A stretch of DNA of 64,000 bases from an uncultured Candidatus Saccharibacteria bacterium (GTDB lineage: Bacteria; Patescibacteriota; WWE3; UBA101185; UBA10185), in NCBI GenBank assembly GCA_964385105.1, contig CAYLMU010000001.1, positions 130,252-194,251 on the forward strand. The letters are read 5' to 3'. Below the pieces are notes generated by a model. That model was given only the letters and a program-made list of their open reading frames with translations. It did no database searches and was not told the origin of the DNA. Positions 9,080 through 18,590 of this stretch are shown piece after piece. Within the stretch, counting starts at the first letter, position 1; every line of letters starts with the position of its first letter. The position numbers were made by a program, and so were the translations under genes.

Positions 9080-9922
9080 TCAAAATTTTTCAAGAGTTGG
9101 ATTTACATAATTATCTAAAAGAAACTCAATCTGTTGTTTTGATGGGGCTGCAACCCCACGTGTTCTCACAAATTTTCCAAGTATATCAGAAATGTCTATT
9201 GCACCCATAATATAACCTAGTACACCAATATGGGTTAGCAGAGTATTTGGTCTGCCGGTAGCATTGGCCCACAGCTTACCATTCTGTATAGCGTTGTCAT
9301 AATACTTATAGTCTTCGTTCCACGCCAGAATTTCGTTATATAGTACAAAACCTTCAACAGACATGTCACACAAATCATTTAATTTTTGCTGTAGATAATC
9401 GAAGAGTGCTTTATTTTTTTTATTGTCAAATAAAAGTACTGGAGTGTTGTAAATATTTTTGATGGGTTTGCCCGCTATATTGTCAGTTAGTGATAAAGTC
9501 ACAAAGTTTGGGTTATTTAGTTCAATATAATCGAGTAAATGTATACATTTATAAAATAATGCCATTAATAAAGAAATTGCTTCTTGGAATTCAGCATCGT
9601 TTTCATCAAAATCTTTGGATAATTTAAAGAATTCGCTCCAAACATCAATAAAACTTAAGTCCCGAAGTACCTGACCTTTACTATTGTATATTTTAGGTCT
9701 GAAATCACGTTGTTTTGTATTTGTTAATCGCGCCGATTCTTTACCTGGATATTGCAAGAATAGGTTTTCACCTGCAAAAGTTTCGTAAAGATGTATAAGT
9801 TTTTCGTTTGAACCATACTTTAAATGAACCAGTGGTAAAGCTGTAATAAATTCAATATTCTTTTTTCTTCTCAAATAAGATTCGGATTTTACTCCATATC
9901 CCATGTAGTGCAATGGATTCAT
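9080..9922 (-). CDS. Hypothetical protein, candidate restriction endonuclease
   Basis: 280 aa, convergent with the MTase (6-bp gap); role inferred from context only. Confidence 0.45.
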   Translation of the reverse strand: MNPLHYMGYGVKSESYLRRKKNIEFITALPLVHLKYGSNEKLIHLYETFAGENLFLQYPGKESARLTNTKQRDFRPKIYNSKGQVLRDLSFIDVWSEFFKLSKDFDENDAEFQEAISLLMALFYKCIHLLDYIELNNPNFVTLSLTDNIAGKPIKNIYNTPVLLFDNKKNKALFDYLQQKLNDLCDMSVEGFVLYNEILAWNEDYKYYDNAIQNGKLWANATGRPNTLLTHIGVLGYIMGAIDISDILGKFVRTRGVAAPSKQQIEFLLDNYVNPTLEKF

Positions 9923-10062
9923 ATAATAATATTAACAGCCTGTAGTAGAAATTGAAATTGATATTAGATATATATTAACTATTATGAATATTGACCTTAT
10001 AGTTCCTAATATGATATTTTTTAAATAAAATATCAGCCAACGACGGCAAAGGGGTGAAATAC

Positions 10063-10230
10063 ATGATTTTAGATGGCCAGGTTCTGTTTTGTGGTCCTGA
10101 GGATGAGGATGAAGATGACTATCTAGGCTATTACGATGACGACGATTACGACGTTTTTGATGCCGCAGATGATACAGATTCATCTTGGGAAGATGCCGAA
10201 GAGGCATGGTCGGATGCTGAGGACGATTAA
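10063..10230 (+). CDS. Hyper-acidic 55-aa peptide (not in ORF track)
   Basis: AAGGGGTGA RBS, ATG at 10063, TAA at 10228-10230, hairpin at 10240-10273. Confidence 0.65.
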   Translation: MILDGQVLFCGPEDEDEDDYLGYYDDDDYDVFDAADDTDSSWEDAEEAWSDAEDD

Positions 10231-10296
10231 CTAGTAAATTGGAGGTATAAGAAGATTGTTTTTTATACCTCCATAGATATATTTGTATAATTAATT

Positions 10297-10581
10297 ATGT
10301 CAAAATCCCAAAAAGAAAATAAAATACAATTCGCAGTGATTGAATGGAGAGATTCTGTTAACCATAGCAATGAAATGGATACAAAAGAAGTTGCAATGAA
10401 GAAATCTCGTCTTGCACATCTTTTAACTTGTGGTTTTATAATCGGTGAAGATGAAGAAAAGATTGTAATTGGAATTGATTACAATATTGGAAGTAAAAAA
10501 TTTAGGCACATTTATACTCGTGCAAAAAGCGCAATTGAGAATATTCAACGCTTTGATATTGAGATTCCGGAATTTAAATAA
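10297..10581 (+). CDS. Hypothetical protein
   Basis: TATAAT just upstream of the ATG; IEWRDS...TCGF pattern. Confidence 0.65.
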   Translation: MSKSQKENKIQFAVIEWRDSVNHSNEMDTKEVAMKKSRLAHLLTCGFIIGEDEEKIVIGIDYNIGSKKFRHIYTRAKSAIENIQRFDIEIPEFK

Positions 10582-10587
10582 TATTAA

Positions 10588-11463
10588 CTACACAGTCAAT
10601 GCCACTCCAACCATCACAAGCACCGTGGCAATGACCTTTTTTAATCGGTCGTTTCTTTCGTTAAAAATAAGGTAGGCCACAAGTACATTTAATAATACGG
10701 ATGTTCCGCTCAAAGTTACAACTGTGGTAACGCTTCCAAGTTGATATGCCTTAAGTAAAAATAAAATTGCCAAGCCCCAAGATATTCCAGTTAGTAAGTA
10801 GTATTTTTTGTCGGGAGTATTAAATTCTTTTTTTACCTCATTAAATTTAATTCTTTCGGCTCCTGCAACCATTAATGCGGGTACAAACAAAGTTACAAAA
10901 ATATAAAAGGGAAGGTTGAAGTTTTCAGAAATTCCTATGTCAATTGACATTGCAATTGAGATTATTAATGTAGCAAGAATTCCAAGTGCAAAGTGCTTGT
11001 CGATTACTATGCCTCCTTTTTTGTAAGCTAATAAAACATTCCCTAAGACTATAAGTATGGCGCCCATAGTTTTGTTGAATAGTAGGGGTTCGCCAAATGC
11101 AGTAAATCCAATAATAATTATAAAAACCGTGGACATTTGAGAGATTATTGAATATGTGGATACGGGCAAATTTTTTCGAACGGTTGTGTTAATTCGGTCG
11201 TTGAGAGCATAAAATATACATGCGGCAAGAAATAATAGCCAGGTTTTAACATCAGTTGCAAGTGAGTACTCAAAAAACGGTGCCACAAGTAAGATGCTAA
11301 ATCCGGCAATTAACTGTAAAACTATTGTAGCAGCGCCATCTCTTTTGGCATTTCTTACGGCTGCTTTGTAACCCTGAAAAAAAAGAACAATAAATAATAA
11401 ATATCCGATAAGCCAAAACTGCCATGATGTGATGAGTGTTTCCATTGTTTCTATTGGGTGCAT
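10588..11463 (-). CDS. EamA/DMT family transporter
   Basis: About 10 TM helices in two repeats. Confidence 0.85.
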   Translation of the reverse strand: MHPIETMETLITSWQFWLIGYLLFIVLFFQGYKAAVRNAKRDGAATIVLQLIAGFSILLVAPFFEYSLATDVKTWLLFLAACIFYALNDRINTTVRKNLPVSTYSIISQMSTVFIIIIGFTAFGEPLLFNKTMGAILIVLGNVLLAYKKGGIVIDKHFALGILATLIISIAMSIDIGISENFNLPFYIFVTLFVPALMVAGAERIKFNEVKKEFNTPDKKYYLLTGISWGLAILFLLKAYQLGSVTTVVTLSGTSVLLNVLVAYLIFNERNDRLKKVIATVLVMVGVALTV

Positions 11464-11499
11464 TTATGTATTATAACTGGTTTGCTGGGGGAGAAGTAA

Positions 11500-11877
11500 G
11501 TGAACCCATCAATAAGTAGCTCAGACTTAATGTTTCACGCTTATGGAATTGTAGAAGATGTTAAGGGTAATTGGTATGCATTTTCTCCTGCTAACTACAA
11601 TCGTCAAAATGTAAAGCTAGGTAGGATTGACCCAATGACCCAAATACTAAGAGCGTCGTCGTTAGAAGAAGTTCTTGAGCAGATTGAAGACAGTGTAGAT
11701 GGTGAATGGTTGCATGCTGCTGAAGAGTTATTTAATTATCGTAATCCGAAAGTTGCTATAAAAACAAACAGGAGGGGTGAACAATATAAAACTTTTGAAG
11801 TACAGTGTATAGTACTTGAAGAATCTGGAGGGGTTTTGAATTTGCGGCAAAATTTTGTTGTAGTAGGTGGTTTGTAG
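11500..11877 (+). CDS. Hypothetical protein
   Basis: ORF with a purine-rich RBS. Confidence 0.55.
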   Translation: MNPSISSSDLMFHAYGIVEDVKGNWYAFSPANYNRQNVKLGRIDPMTQILRASSLEEVLEQIEDSVDGEWLHAAEELFNYRNPKVAIKTNRRGEQYKTFEVQCIVLEESGGVLNLRQNFVVVGGL

Positions 11878-11894
11878 TAATTATTTGTTTGACT

Positions 11895-13574
11895 CTATTC
11901 CAAATCCGTCGAAGCACCTGTTTCATCATTTCTTTGAGAAATAATATCTAGCTCATCTCGATATGTCGGGTCATCATTTAAAATTGTCCATTCATTATCT
12001 CTTAGCTGAAATACCATAGTTTCGGTTTGAGGTACAAGTCTTTTTTGACCAAATTTATTCTCTTCTTTATGATAGCTTATCTCCATAACAACAAATTCAG
12101 GTGATAATAACACAGGTCTTATGCCTGATTGCTCAAGTTCAACTAAATCAGCATCAATATCAAATCTTAATCCGGCATAGTCTCGTACCAATCTTTGATT
12201 TAGTAATCTTTCAACCGTATTACCTTTTTTGTCCAATCTATTTAAATAGTATTCGTATGCATTCATGCCCTCAGGAATCATTTCAGCTAATTGATCATAA
12301 ACGGCATCTTCGTTGTCTGGGGTTAACATAGTAGCTTCTACTTGTATTGATTCAACACCTGTTTCTAACGCTTGTATACCGCTTATCGTATTTCCTTCCG
12401 TTGGGCCACCAGGATAATACATTTCAAATAGTCTTACAATATCGGTAGTGGGTAAATCAGTCAGTTCTTCACCATTTGACATTAAGTGCATTTTACCGTC
12501 AGTGTCATAAGTTATATGAACCTTTGCTTTTGATCCAAATAGTGTAAATGATTGAATAGGTTCTTTTGTCGTATATCTTTTGATTTCACCATTTTCGTCA
12601 GGCTCAGATTCTATAACTCTTAGAGCAGGACGTGATTGTGCAAGAGCAGCATAAACCAAAGCTTTTGCTTTTTTTACAGCTGAAGGGTTGCTATTCTCAG
12701 GATTTTCAAAATTTATCATAGTATTTAACTTCGAGTCTGGCAAAAGGTTACCAACCGTGAGTTGACTTGTATCATCATACTCAATAAGGTGCGCAGGTTC
12801 CTGTTCAGCAAGATTTAATCTAATGCCCGATCCGGTGACATATACATCTTCTGCAAGTTGTTTCGATGATTTAATCATCCAAACATGTCTTTCATAATCT
12901 CTTGCCGGGGCATCATTAGGAATAACAATGGTTTGTGTTTCAGGTATATAAACCATGCCTGAGTCAGTCATGAAAATATCTTTTTCAGGAGTCTTTCCTA
13001 ATGCTGCTAACGCTGCTTCTGGACCATATGCATTATATATTGCTGTTGGAAGTCTGCTACTCATATCCTGCATTTCATCACGACTTAATCTTTCGGGGTT
13101 TATTAAGTTAGAAAGCTCCTCATTAAATTTAGATTTCAAAAATTTTTCGGATAGAGCGCTTTTAATATAAAAATTGTTTCTCTCTTCATGATATGCTATT
13201 TCTTGAGGAACAATTCTGTCTTCACCCAAGTGATTTCTTATACCCTCAACATCGTTTATATGAACGAATAAAGTATTTCCTCCTGCAAGATATTTCTTTA
13301 GTTGTTCTCTTTGTTTTGGGGTTAAATGTTCGGTCAAATATGGTCTACCTTCTAATAAATGTGATGGTAGGTTTACGAAGCCAAACCCATTATATTCTTT
13401 GCCTGTCCTTTCATTTCTTGTAATTACCGTGCATGAGACAGGTGGTTCGAATTGTTCATCTTGCAAGGATTTTTCAAGGGCTTTGGGTAATTCGCCATTT
13501 TGTGTATTCTCGAATCCATTGGTGGAATGTTCTGTTTCAGTGTAATCAGAAATTGAGGGTATGGCAGAACTCAT
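11895..13574 (-). CDS. Hypothetical protein (559 aa, acidic)
   Basis: Long ORF with no recognised motif. Confidence 0.75.
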   Translation of the reverse strand: MSSAIPSISDYTETEHSTNGFENTQNGELPKALEKSLQDEQFEPPVSCTVITRNERTGKEYNGFGFVNLPSHLLEGRPYLTEHLTPKQREQLKKYLAGGNTLFVHINDVEGIRNHLGEDRIVPQEIAYHEERNNFYIKSALSEKFLKSKFNEELSNLINPERLSRDEMQDMSSRLPTAIYNAYGPEAALAALGKTPEKDIFMTDSGMVYIPETQTIVIPNDAPARDYERHVWMIKSSKQLAEDVYVTGSGIRLNLAEQEPAHLIEYDDTSQLTVGNLLPDSKLNTMINFENPENSNPSAVKKAKALVYAALAQSRPALRVIESEPDENGEIKRYTTKEPIQSFTLFGSKAKVHITYDTDGKMHLMSNGEELTDLPTTDIVRLFEMYYPGGPTEGNTISGIQALETGVESIQVEATMLTPDNEDAVYDQLAEMIPEGMNAYEYYLNRLDKKGNTVERLLNQRLVRDYAGLRFDIDADLVELEQSGIRPVLLSPEFVVMEISYHKEENKFGQKRLVPQTETMVFQLRDNEWTILNDDPTYRDELDIISQRNDETGASTDLE

Positions 13575-13623
13575 AGATAAATATTAACAGGAATTTGTAT
13601 GTGTGCAAAATGTTTAAGTAAGG

Positions 13624-13884
13624 CTATTTAATAGTGATCATGAAACTAAAACTTACCAGCTTCACCTGCAACAATTCTACTTTTTTTCCTAATCGTTCGA
13701 TTTGTACAGCCTCAACACCAGACCCGGTACCTGCATCCAGCACTTTGGCCCCATCAGGAATTTTATTAAGAAACCTTTCAAGAATTTTTTGGGTCGTTGA
13801 ATCGATTAGGTTATATTTACCCAGACCAGCTTTCTCTAGGTTATCGTAGTAGCCATCCTGAAGTTCTGGGCTAATGGTTAGCAT
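13624..13884 (-). pseudogene. Truncated class I SAM methyltransferase
   Basis: VLDAGTGSG motif I; ORF ends about 30 aa later. Confidence 0.6.
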
Positions 13885-13936
13885 GGTTTTATTATAGCAA
13901 CCGGGCAGCTCATCAAGCGTGAGCCGCCCCAGTTAC

Positions 13937-14386
13937 TTAACCCCATAATTCACACTGCGCAACAAACCTTTTTAACCTAGAACTCTTTACAATTATCAAC
14001 TCAGGATGGAAAGTTCCTTTGTACATATTAACAATATCTATCACGGTGTTTATTTCCCGACAGCCGGAAATATCAATGTAGATTTTGTTGAAATTGTAGC
14101 CTAAATCTAGTACTTTTCGTATGTTAAATCCATCTATTTTATATAATTCCAATTCAGGATAACTTTGCACAGCTGTATAGTAGGACTCACCTTTATCTAT
14201 TCCAACTACATGTTTACATTGTTGTTCTAGTAGTTTTGTAGTTGTTCCCCAGGCGAATCCTATCTCAAGCACGGTATCTTGATTTGTTATGTACTTTTGT
14301 ATTGTTTCCCGATATTCTTTCACGCCTTTTGTTATTATTATCTTTGTTTGGTGGTGCAGGTTCTTTTCAAGTTTTTCCTGTATCAT
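13937..14386 (-). CDS. Class I SAM-dependent methyltransferase-like protein
   Basis: VLEIGFAWGTT and VVGID motifs; AGAAAGGA RBS before ATG 14386. Confidence 0.75.
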   Translation of the reverse strand: MIQEKLEKNLHHQTKIIITKGVKEYRETIQKYITNQDTVLEIGFAWGTTTKLLEQQCKHVVGIDKGESYYTAVQSYPELELYKIDGFNIRKVLDLGYNFNKIYIDISGCREINTVIDIVNMYKGTFHPELIIVKSSRLKRFVAQCELWG

Positions 14387-14414
14387 TTTAATCCTTTCTA
14401 CATGGTTGGGGAAC

Positions 14415-14577
14415 AAAAAAGCGCCCGAAACCACGCATAAATTAATACTTATGTATGGTTTCAGACGCTCTATACAGATTACTGTCAGATGAGCTCCGTC
14501 TACTTTAGGTAGATCTGCTTCTGAAACGATTTATTTAGTTGTAGGGGGATTATAGCAGAGAGGCGTATTATTGTAAA
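14415..14577 (-). promoter_or_regulatory. Sigma70 promoter and structured leader with terminator/antiterminator
   Basis: TTTACA(14577-14572)-17 bp-TATAAT(14554-14549); 20-bp terminator stem 14421-14468 plus U6. Confidence 0.7.
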
Positions 14578-14652
14578 CCTATAGTAGGATATGTTATAGA
14601 TAAGCTTTTGAAAGTGTGTATTTGTCAACCTGTAGTATATACCAGCTACAAT

Positions 14653-14719
14653 AAAAAAGTACCTCCTCTGTGTCAATTCACAGAAACCCATTAGGGTTGG
14701 ACTGAATGTCCGAAGGTAC
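14653..14719 (-). terminator. Branched four-way-junction hairpin with U-tract
   Basis: Closing stem plus three contiguous hairpins, downstream of the Bax inhibitor-like gene. Confidence 0.55.
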
Positions 14720-14740
14720 AAAATATACTGTTTTTGTTAG

Positions 14741-15431
14741 TTAGCCCCGTCGCCGACCGCCAGAACCCTTAGCCCGTGCATACAGTTCAAGCAGACGGAT
14801 AAACAGGTTAACCGCATCTAGAATCAAGCCGCCGCTTGCATCGATAGCGTTATCGAGCGTATACGGCATGGATAATGCCCGAGACCAGTCGTAAGCGACA
14901 ATGCCGGTAAAGAGAATGACGCCTGCCCATGTAATCCAGGTCATGTCTTGTGCCTGTTCAAATCCCAAGCTTATGAAAATCAGCTGGGCGAACTGGGCTA
15001 CGAGAAGAAGGACAAGTCCGGCTAGAACGTACGGCCCAAGACCTTCGAAGATCTGTGGGAACATAATCCCAATAGCAGACATCACGACCATAATCAGGGC
15101 TGTAGTTACGACGGCGTAGATGACAACCTCAGCCGTGTATAGTGCTACATAGGGCCCGATCATAAGGCCAAGAGCTCCACTCATGATACTTACGCCAGCC
15201 ATACTCACTAGCGGATTGCTGGAGCCCGTAAACATGATAATGCCCACCACAGATACCACGAAGGTACCAATGAGCAAAAACCACGTGAAGTCCCAGTTGT
15301 TAGCTCACCACAGTTCCTGCACCAACTAGTGCGCCGACCAGGAGCGTAAAAAAGGACACGGCACGCACAAAAGCGTTCTTGCTCATAGTGCTAGCACCAG
15401 AGCGGTTCCAAATACTACTTGTAATACCCAC
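14741..15431 (-). pseudogene. Bax inhibitor-1/YccA family membrane protein, frameshifted near 15300
   Basis: LILDAVNLFIRLL C-terminal motif; RBS and GTG at 15431; AGC TAA CAA CTG would read AGC TAC AAC TGG if one A is removed. Confidence 0.7.
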
Positions 15432-15576
15432 GACTTTTCTCCTTGTATTGGTGGGAACTCCCACTACTTTTGTCAAATGGGAATATTTTATTATATTGGC
15501 TTAAGTATGTTAACCTATAGTCTGTGTGTACCCTGCGGGTACCCGTCACTGTAAAACTCGCTATGCTCGTTAACAT

Positions 15577-15652
15577 TGGTGTGCCCGGAGGGATTTGAAC
15601 CCCCGACTTCAACGTCCGCAACGTTGCGCTCTATCCACTGAGCTACGGGCAC
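15577..15652 (-). tRNA. tRNA-Arg(GCG)
   Basis: CAACG-TTGCGGA-CGTTG anticodon arm, CCA. Confidence 0.93.
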
Positions 15653-15730
15653 ATGCAACAAAATATCGGTAATCTTGTACTCACACAAGCGCATACATTA
15701 TATTACAAAAATTCAATTTTCACTGAAAAA

Positions 15731-16336
15731 TTACTTTAAATTAAGTTTACCCACAACAGATTCATATGCTCTGTCTGCAAAAGTTTTAGGCTCTGATTCC
15801 AGGTATGTAAGGTGTTCGTTCAAAAGGTTTTGAACTTTTTCCCGGTCTCCCGGCAATAAAGTTAAGTACAACCGCGATGGAAGTCCTTCTTTTACATCTA
15901 TAGCTACAACATCTACATCAGAATTTTCTAAAAAGAAGAAGCGCAACAATTCATGCCATTTGTACGAGTGTTCGCCATATTTAACATCTACATTGCTAAT
16001 TTCGTATTTTAAAGTTTCACCGGGTACTTGCATTAACATATAACTTACAAAAACCAGGCTCAGAATTCCTATAATTAGAAAAAACTGCTGCATTGCCACT
16101 AAAAATAATGAAACAACAATTCCAATAACTATAAGAGTTCGCGACATTTTTGGATTTAATCCTGCATACACTGGTCGTGAGATTGCTTCCCAGGAATAAA
16201 TGACTTCACGCTTTATAGTTTCATTTATGGGTTGCATAGGTTGGGTAGCTTCTGTGGCCGGTTGTGTTGGCGGTGTTTGATTGGATGATTTAGGTAAAGG
16301 GATTCCCAGCATGTTTGTGACGTCTCTAAGTTTCAT
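15731..16336 (-). CDS. Hypothetical membrane protein (2 TM plus soluble domain)
   Basis: Hydrophobic hairpin followed by Y.W.EL..F. Confidence 0.75.
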   Translation of the reverse strand: MKLRDVTNMLGIPLPKSSNQTPPTQPATEATQPMQPINETIKREVIYSWEAISRPVYAGLNPKMSRTLIVIGIVVSLFLVAMQQFFLIIGILSLVFVSYMLMQVPGETLKYEISNVDVKYGEHSYKWHELLRFFFLENSDVDVVAIDVKEGLPSRLYLTLLPGDREKVQNLLNEHLTYLESEPKTFADRAYESVVGKLNLK

Positions 16337-16476
16337 GTTTTTATTTTACACTATTTGTTTTTTTTAGTTTAGGGGTTTTTTGTGATATAAGTGCTGAAAC
16401 GAATATACTAAAATATCTTTTGTTGCTTTCGTAATGGGTAACTGCCGTCCACTTAGCAGTGAACACCACTTACCCA

Positions 16477-16565
16477 TGGCGGAGGGTACAGGAATCGAAC
16501 CTGTGCACGGATTTTACTCCGTGACGGCTTAGCAAGCCGCTGCATTACCGCTCTGCCAACCCTCC
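16477..16565 (-). tRNA. tRNA-Ser(GCT)
   Basis: GCGGC-TTGCTAA-GCCGT anticodon arm, long variable arm, CCA. Confidence 0.95.
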
Positions 16566-16589
16566 AGAGCGTTCATATTATACTTTATT

Positions 16590-17366
16590 TCAAGTATTAT
16601 TAAAACTACTCAACGGTAGCCTCACAACAAAAGTAGTCCCCATATTTTCGGATGATTCTACAGTAATTTCGCCTTTAAAATCATTTTCAACAATCTGTTT
16701 GCAAATGTATAAGCCAAGTCCCTGATTTTTTAAGCCTTTGGTGGTGTAGTATAAATTAAATATTTTATCGATTTTATTTGCATTTATACCGGAACCGTTA
16801 TCGCTAACTGTTATGGTAACGGTTTTTTCTGTACTTTGTGCTGTTAGGCGTATTTTTTTGGAATCCCTTTTTATATCACTAAGTGCTTCAATGGCATTTA
16901 TTATCAGATTAGAAATAAGTTGCTGCATTTTTAAGCTGTTGCCCCGCACCACAATTGCATCACACACATCGCAGCTTATTATTATGTCCTGTGTAATCGC
17001 TATATTTTCAACAATATTCAAACACTTTTTAATTTCGGTTTTAAGGTTAAAGCTTTCTTTAATTTGATTTTCTACATTTCTATTTTGAGAAAGCAGATTT
17101 TTTAATGTATTTGCTGCCTGGTTTGCAGTTTTTAAATTTGAGTCAGTGTTATACAGGCTCATTTCTTCAAGACAGATTAAGAGTGTAGTTAACGGAGTAG
17201 TAATATCGTGTAAAGTTTCAATTGCTAGATAACCTTGGTGAGTTATTTGGTTAAGCTCTTTAATTTTTGTGTTCAAAACAAATTGTATTTTAGAATTTTT
17301 ATCTTCAATGTATGCTTGGGCAACTTTTTCCTGATTTTGTAATTTGAGGTTACTTAAGTTCATCAT
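16590..17366 (-). CDS. Histidine kinase with no evident sensor or TM domain
   Basis: HDITTPLT H-box, NLIINAIEA, DNGSGI and GLGLYIC boxes. Confidence 0.9.
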   Translation of the reverse strand: MMNLSNLKLQNQEKVAQAYIEDKNSKIQFVLNTKIKELNQITHQGYLAIETLHDITTPLTTLLICLEEMSLYNTDSNLKTANQAANTLKNLLSQNRNVENQIKESFNLKTEIKKCLNIVENIAITQDIIISCDVCDAIVVRGNSLKMQQLISNLIINAIEALSDIKRDSKKIRLTAQSTEKTVTITVSDNGSGINANKIDKIFNLYYTTKGLKNQGLGLYICKQIVENDFKGEITVESSENMGTTFVVRLPLSSFNNT

Positions 17367-18039
17367 CCACCTTATAGCCAAGCCCATAAACTGTTTTAAT
17401 TAATTTTTTCTTAAATGGTTTGTCAATTTTTGCCCTAAGATTTTTTATATGTACATCAATTGTGTTACTTTCTACATCGCCGTTGTTGTGCCACATGTTG
17501 TTTACAATATTATCCCGGGTAATTATGTTTCCTTTGTTTAAAAGCATCTGTTCAAGTATTTGAAACTCTTTTTTTCTAAGTTCAATTTCTAAGTTGCCTC
17601 GGGTGACTTTGTGTGTTTTTCTATTTAAATGCAGGTCTGCTGCACGTAATATATGATTACAACTATTGTTTCGTCTTAAAAGTGCTTTTATTCTTGCTCT
17701 AAGTTCAAGAATATTAAATGGTTTGCATAAGTAATCATCTGCCTCATAGTTAAATGCCCCGAGTTTAAAGTTTATTGCTGTTTTTCCTGAAATTATTAAT
17801 ATTGGTGTGGATTTATCTTTTTTTCGAATGTGTTTGCAAATATCTAAACCTGTTAAGTTACTGCGGTCATATAGCATTATGTCAATAATGTATAGGTCAA
17901 AGACTTTTTTGGATATAAGTTTTTTTGCTTCGAGGATGTTTTTAGTAAATTCAATAGCGTACTCTTGTTTTAATATGTCTGAAATTTTTTCACATAGTTG
18001 TAAGTCATCTTCAATTAGCAAGACTCTAGGTCTTTTCAT
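17350..18039 (-). CDS. OmpR-family response regulator
   Basis: LIEDD, IIDIML, DDYLCKPF, IDVHIKNLR and TVYGLGY motifs. Confidence 0.95.
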   Translation of the reverse strand: MKRPRVLLIEDDLQLCEKISDILKQEYAIEFTKNILEAKKLISKKVFDLYIIDIMLYDRSNLTGLDICKHIRKKDKSTPILIISGKTAINFKLGAFNYEADDYLCKPFNILELRARIKALLRRNNSCNHILRAADLHLNRKTHKVTRGNLEIELRKKEFQILEQMLLNKGNIITRDNIVNNMWHNNGDVESNTIDVHIKNLRAKIDKPFKKKLIKTVYGLGYKVDDELK

Positions 18040-18119
18040 ATTATTTGTATAACACACAAATATGAAAAAAACATGAAATTTGCAAAATTTTTTGTAAGAT
18101 TATATATTAAAAACGCATT

Positions 18120-18590
18120 ATGTTACTTACACCCCACACATTCGTAGGAGTAGCAATAGGCGCTTCAGTGGCAAATCCTTTAATTGCCGTGCCATTATCT
18201 TTTATTATGCACTTTGTTGGTGACAGAGTTCCGCACTGGGATTTTTACTCTAATACCGAAAAATCACAACGACGCGAAGGTTGGCGCCCACTGGCTGTAA
18301 TGGCTGATTTATCATTAGGAATAGGTTTGGGCTTGAGTGTGACTTTATATGCTTTGTGGGTTCTAAATGACCAGGCATTGGCATTGAATATTTTTTTATG
18401 TGGTGTAGCTTCGGTTTTGCCCGACGCGCTTGAAGGACCCTATATCTACATGAAGTCCGAACCCAAAATTTTAAGTTATTTAACCGAAATACAACGAAAA
18501 CTTCAGTTTCAAGCTCCATTGCCATGGGGCATAATTACACAGCTTATTGTAATAATAATCTCGTCTTTAGTTATTTCAGCTTCTATTTAA
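18120..18590 (+). CDS. Membrane protein, metal-dependent hydrolase-like
   Basis: PH..VG, HFVGDRVPHWD and LPD motifs. Confidence 0.7.
   Translation: MLLTPHTFVGVAIGASVANPLIAVPLSFIMHFVGDRVPHWDFYSNTEKSQRREGWRPLAVMADLSLGIGLGLSVTLYALWVLNDQALALNIFLCGVASVLPDALEGPYIYMKSEPKILSYLTEIQRKLQFQAPLPWGIITQLIVIIISSLVISASI

Noticed and set aside
9932-10207. 91-aa basic His/Arg-rich ORF
   Set aside because: Antisense of the acidic peptide ORF, which has the RBS and downstream hairpin
15415-15621. 68-aa ORF
   Set aside because: Starts inside tRNA-Arg; not a credible gene
16475-16483. tRNA-Ser(GCT) 3' end (CATGGCGGA) as the partner att of 64-73, implying a 16-kb island
   Set aside because: Shorter match (9 vs 10 bp) largely explained by shared tRNA-Ser ends; the recombinase abuts and is in frame with the tRNA-Ser(CGA) site
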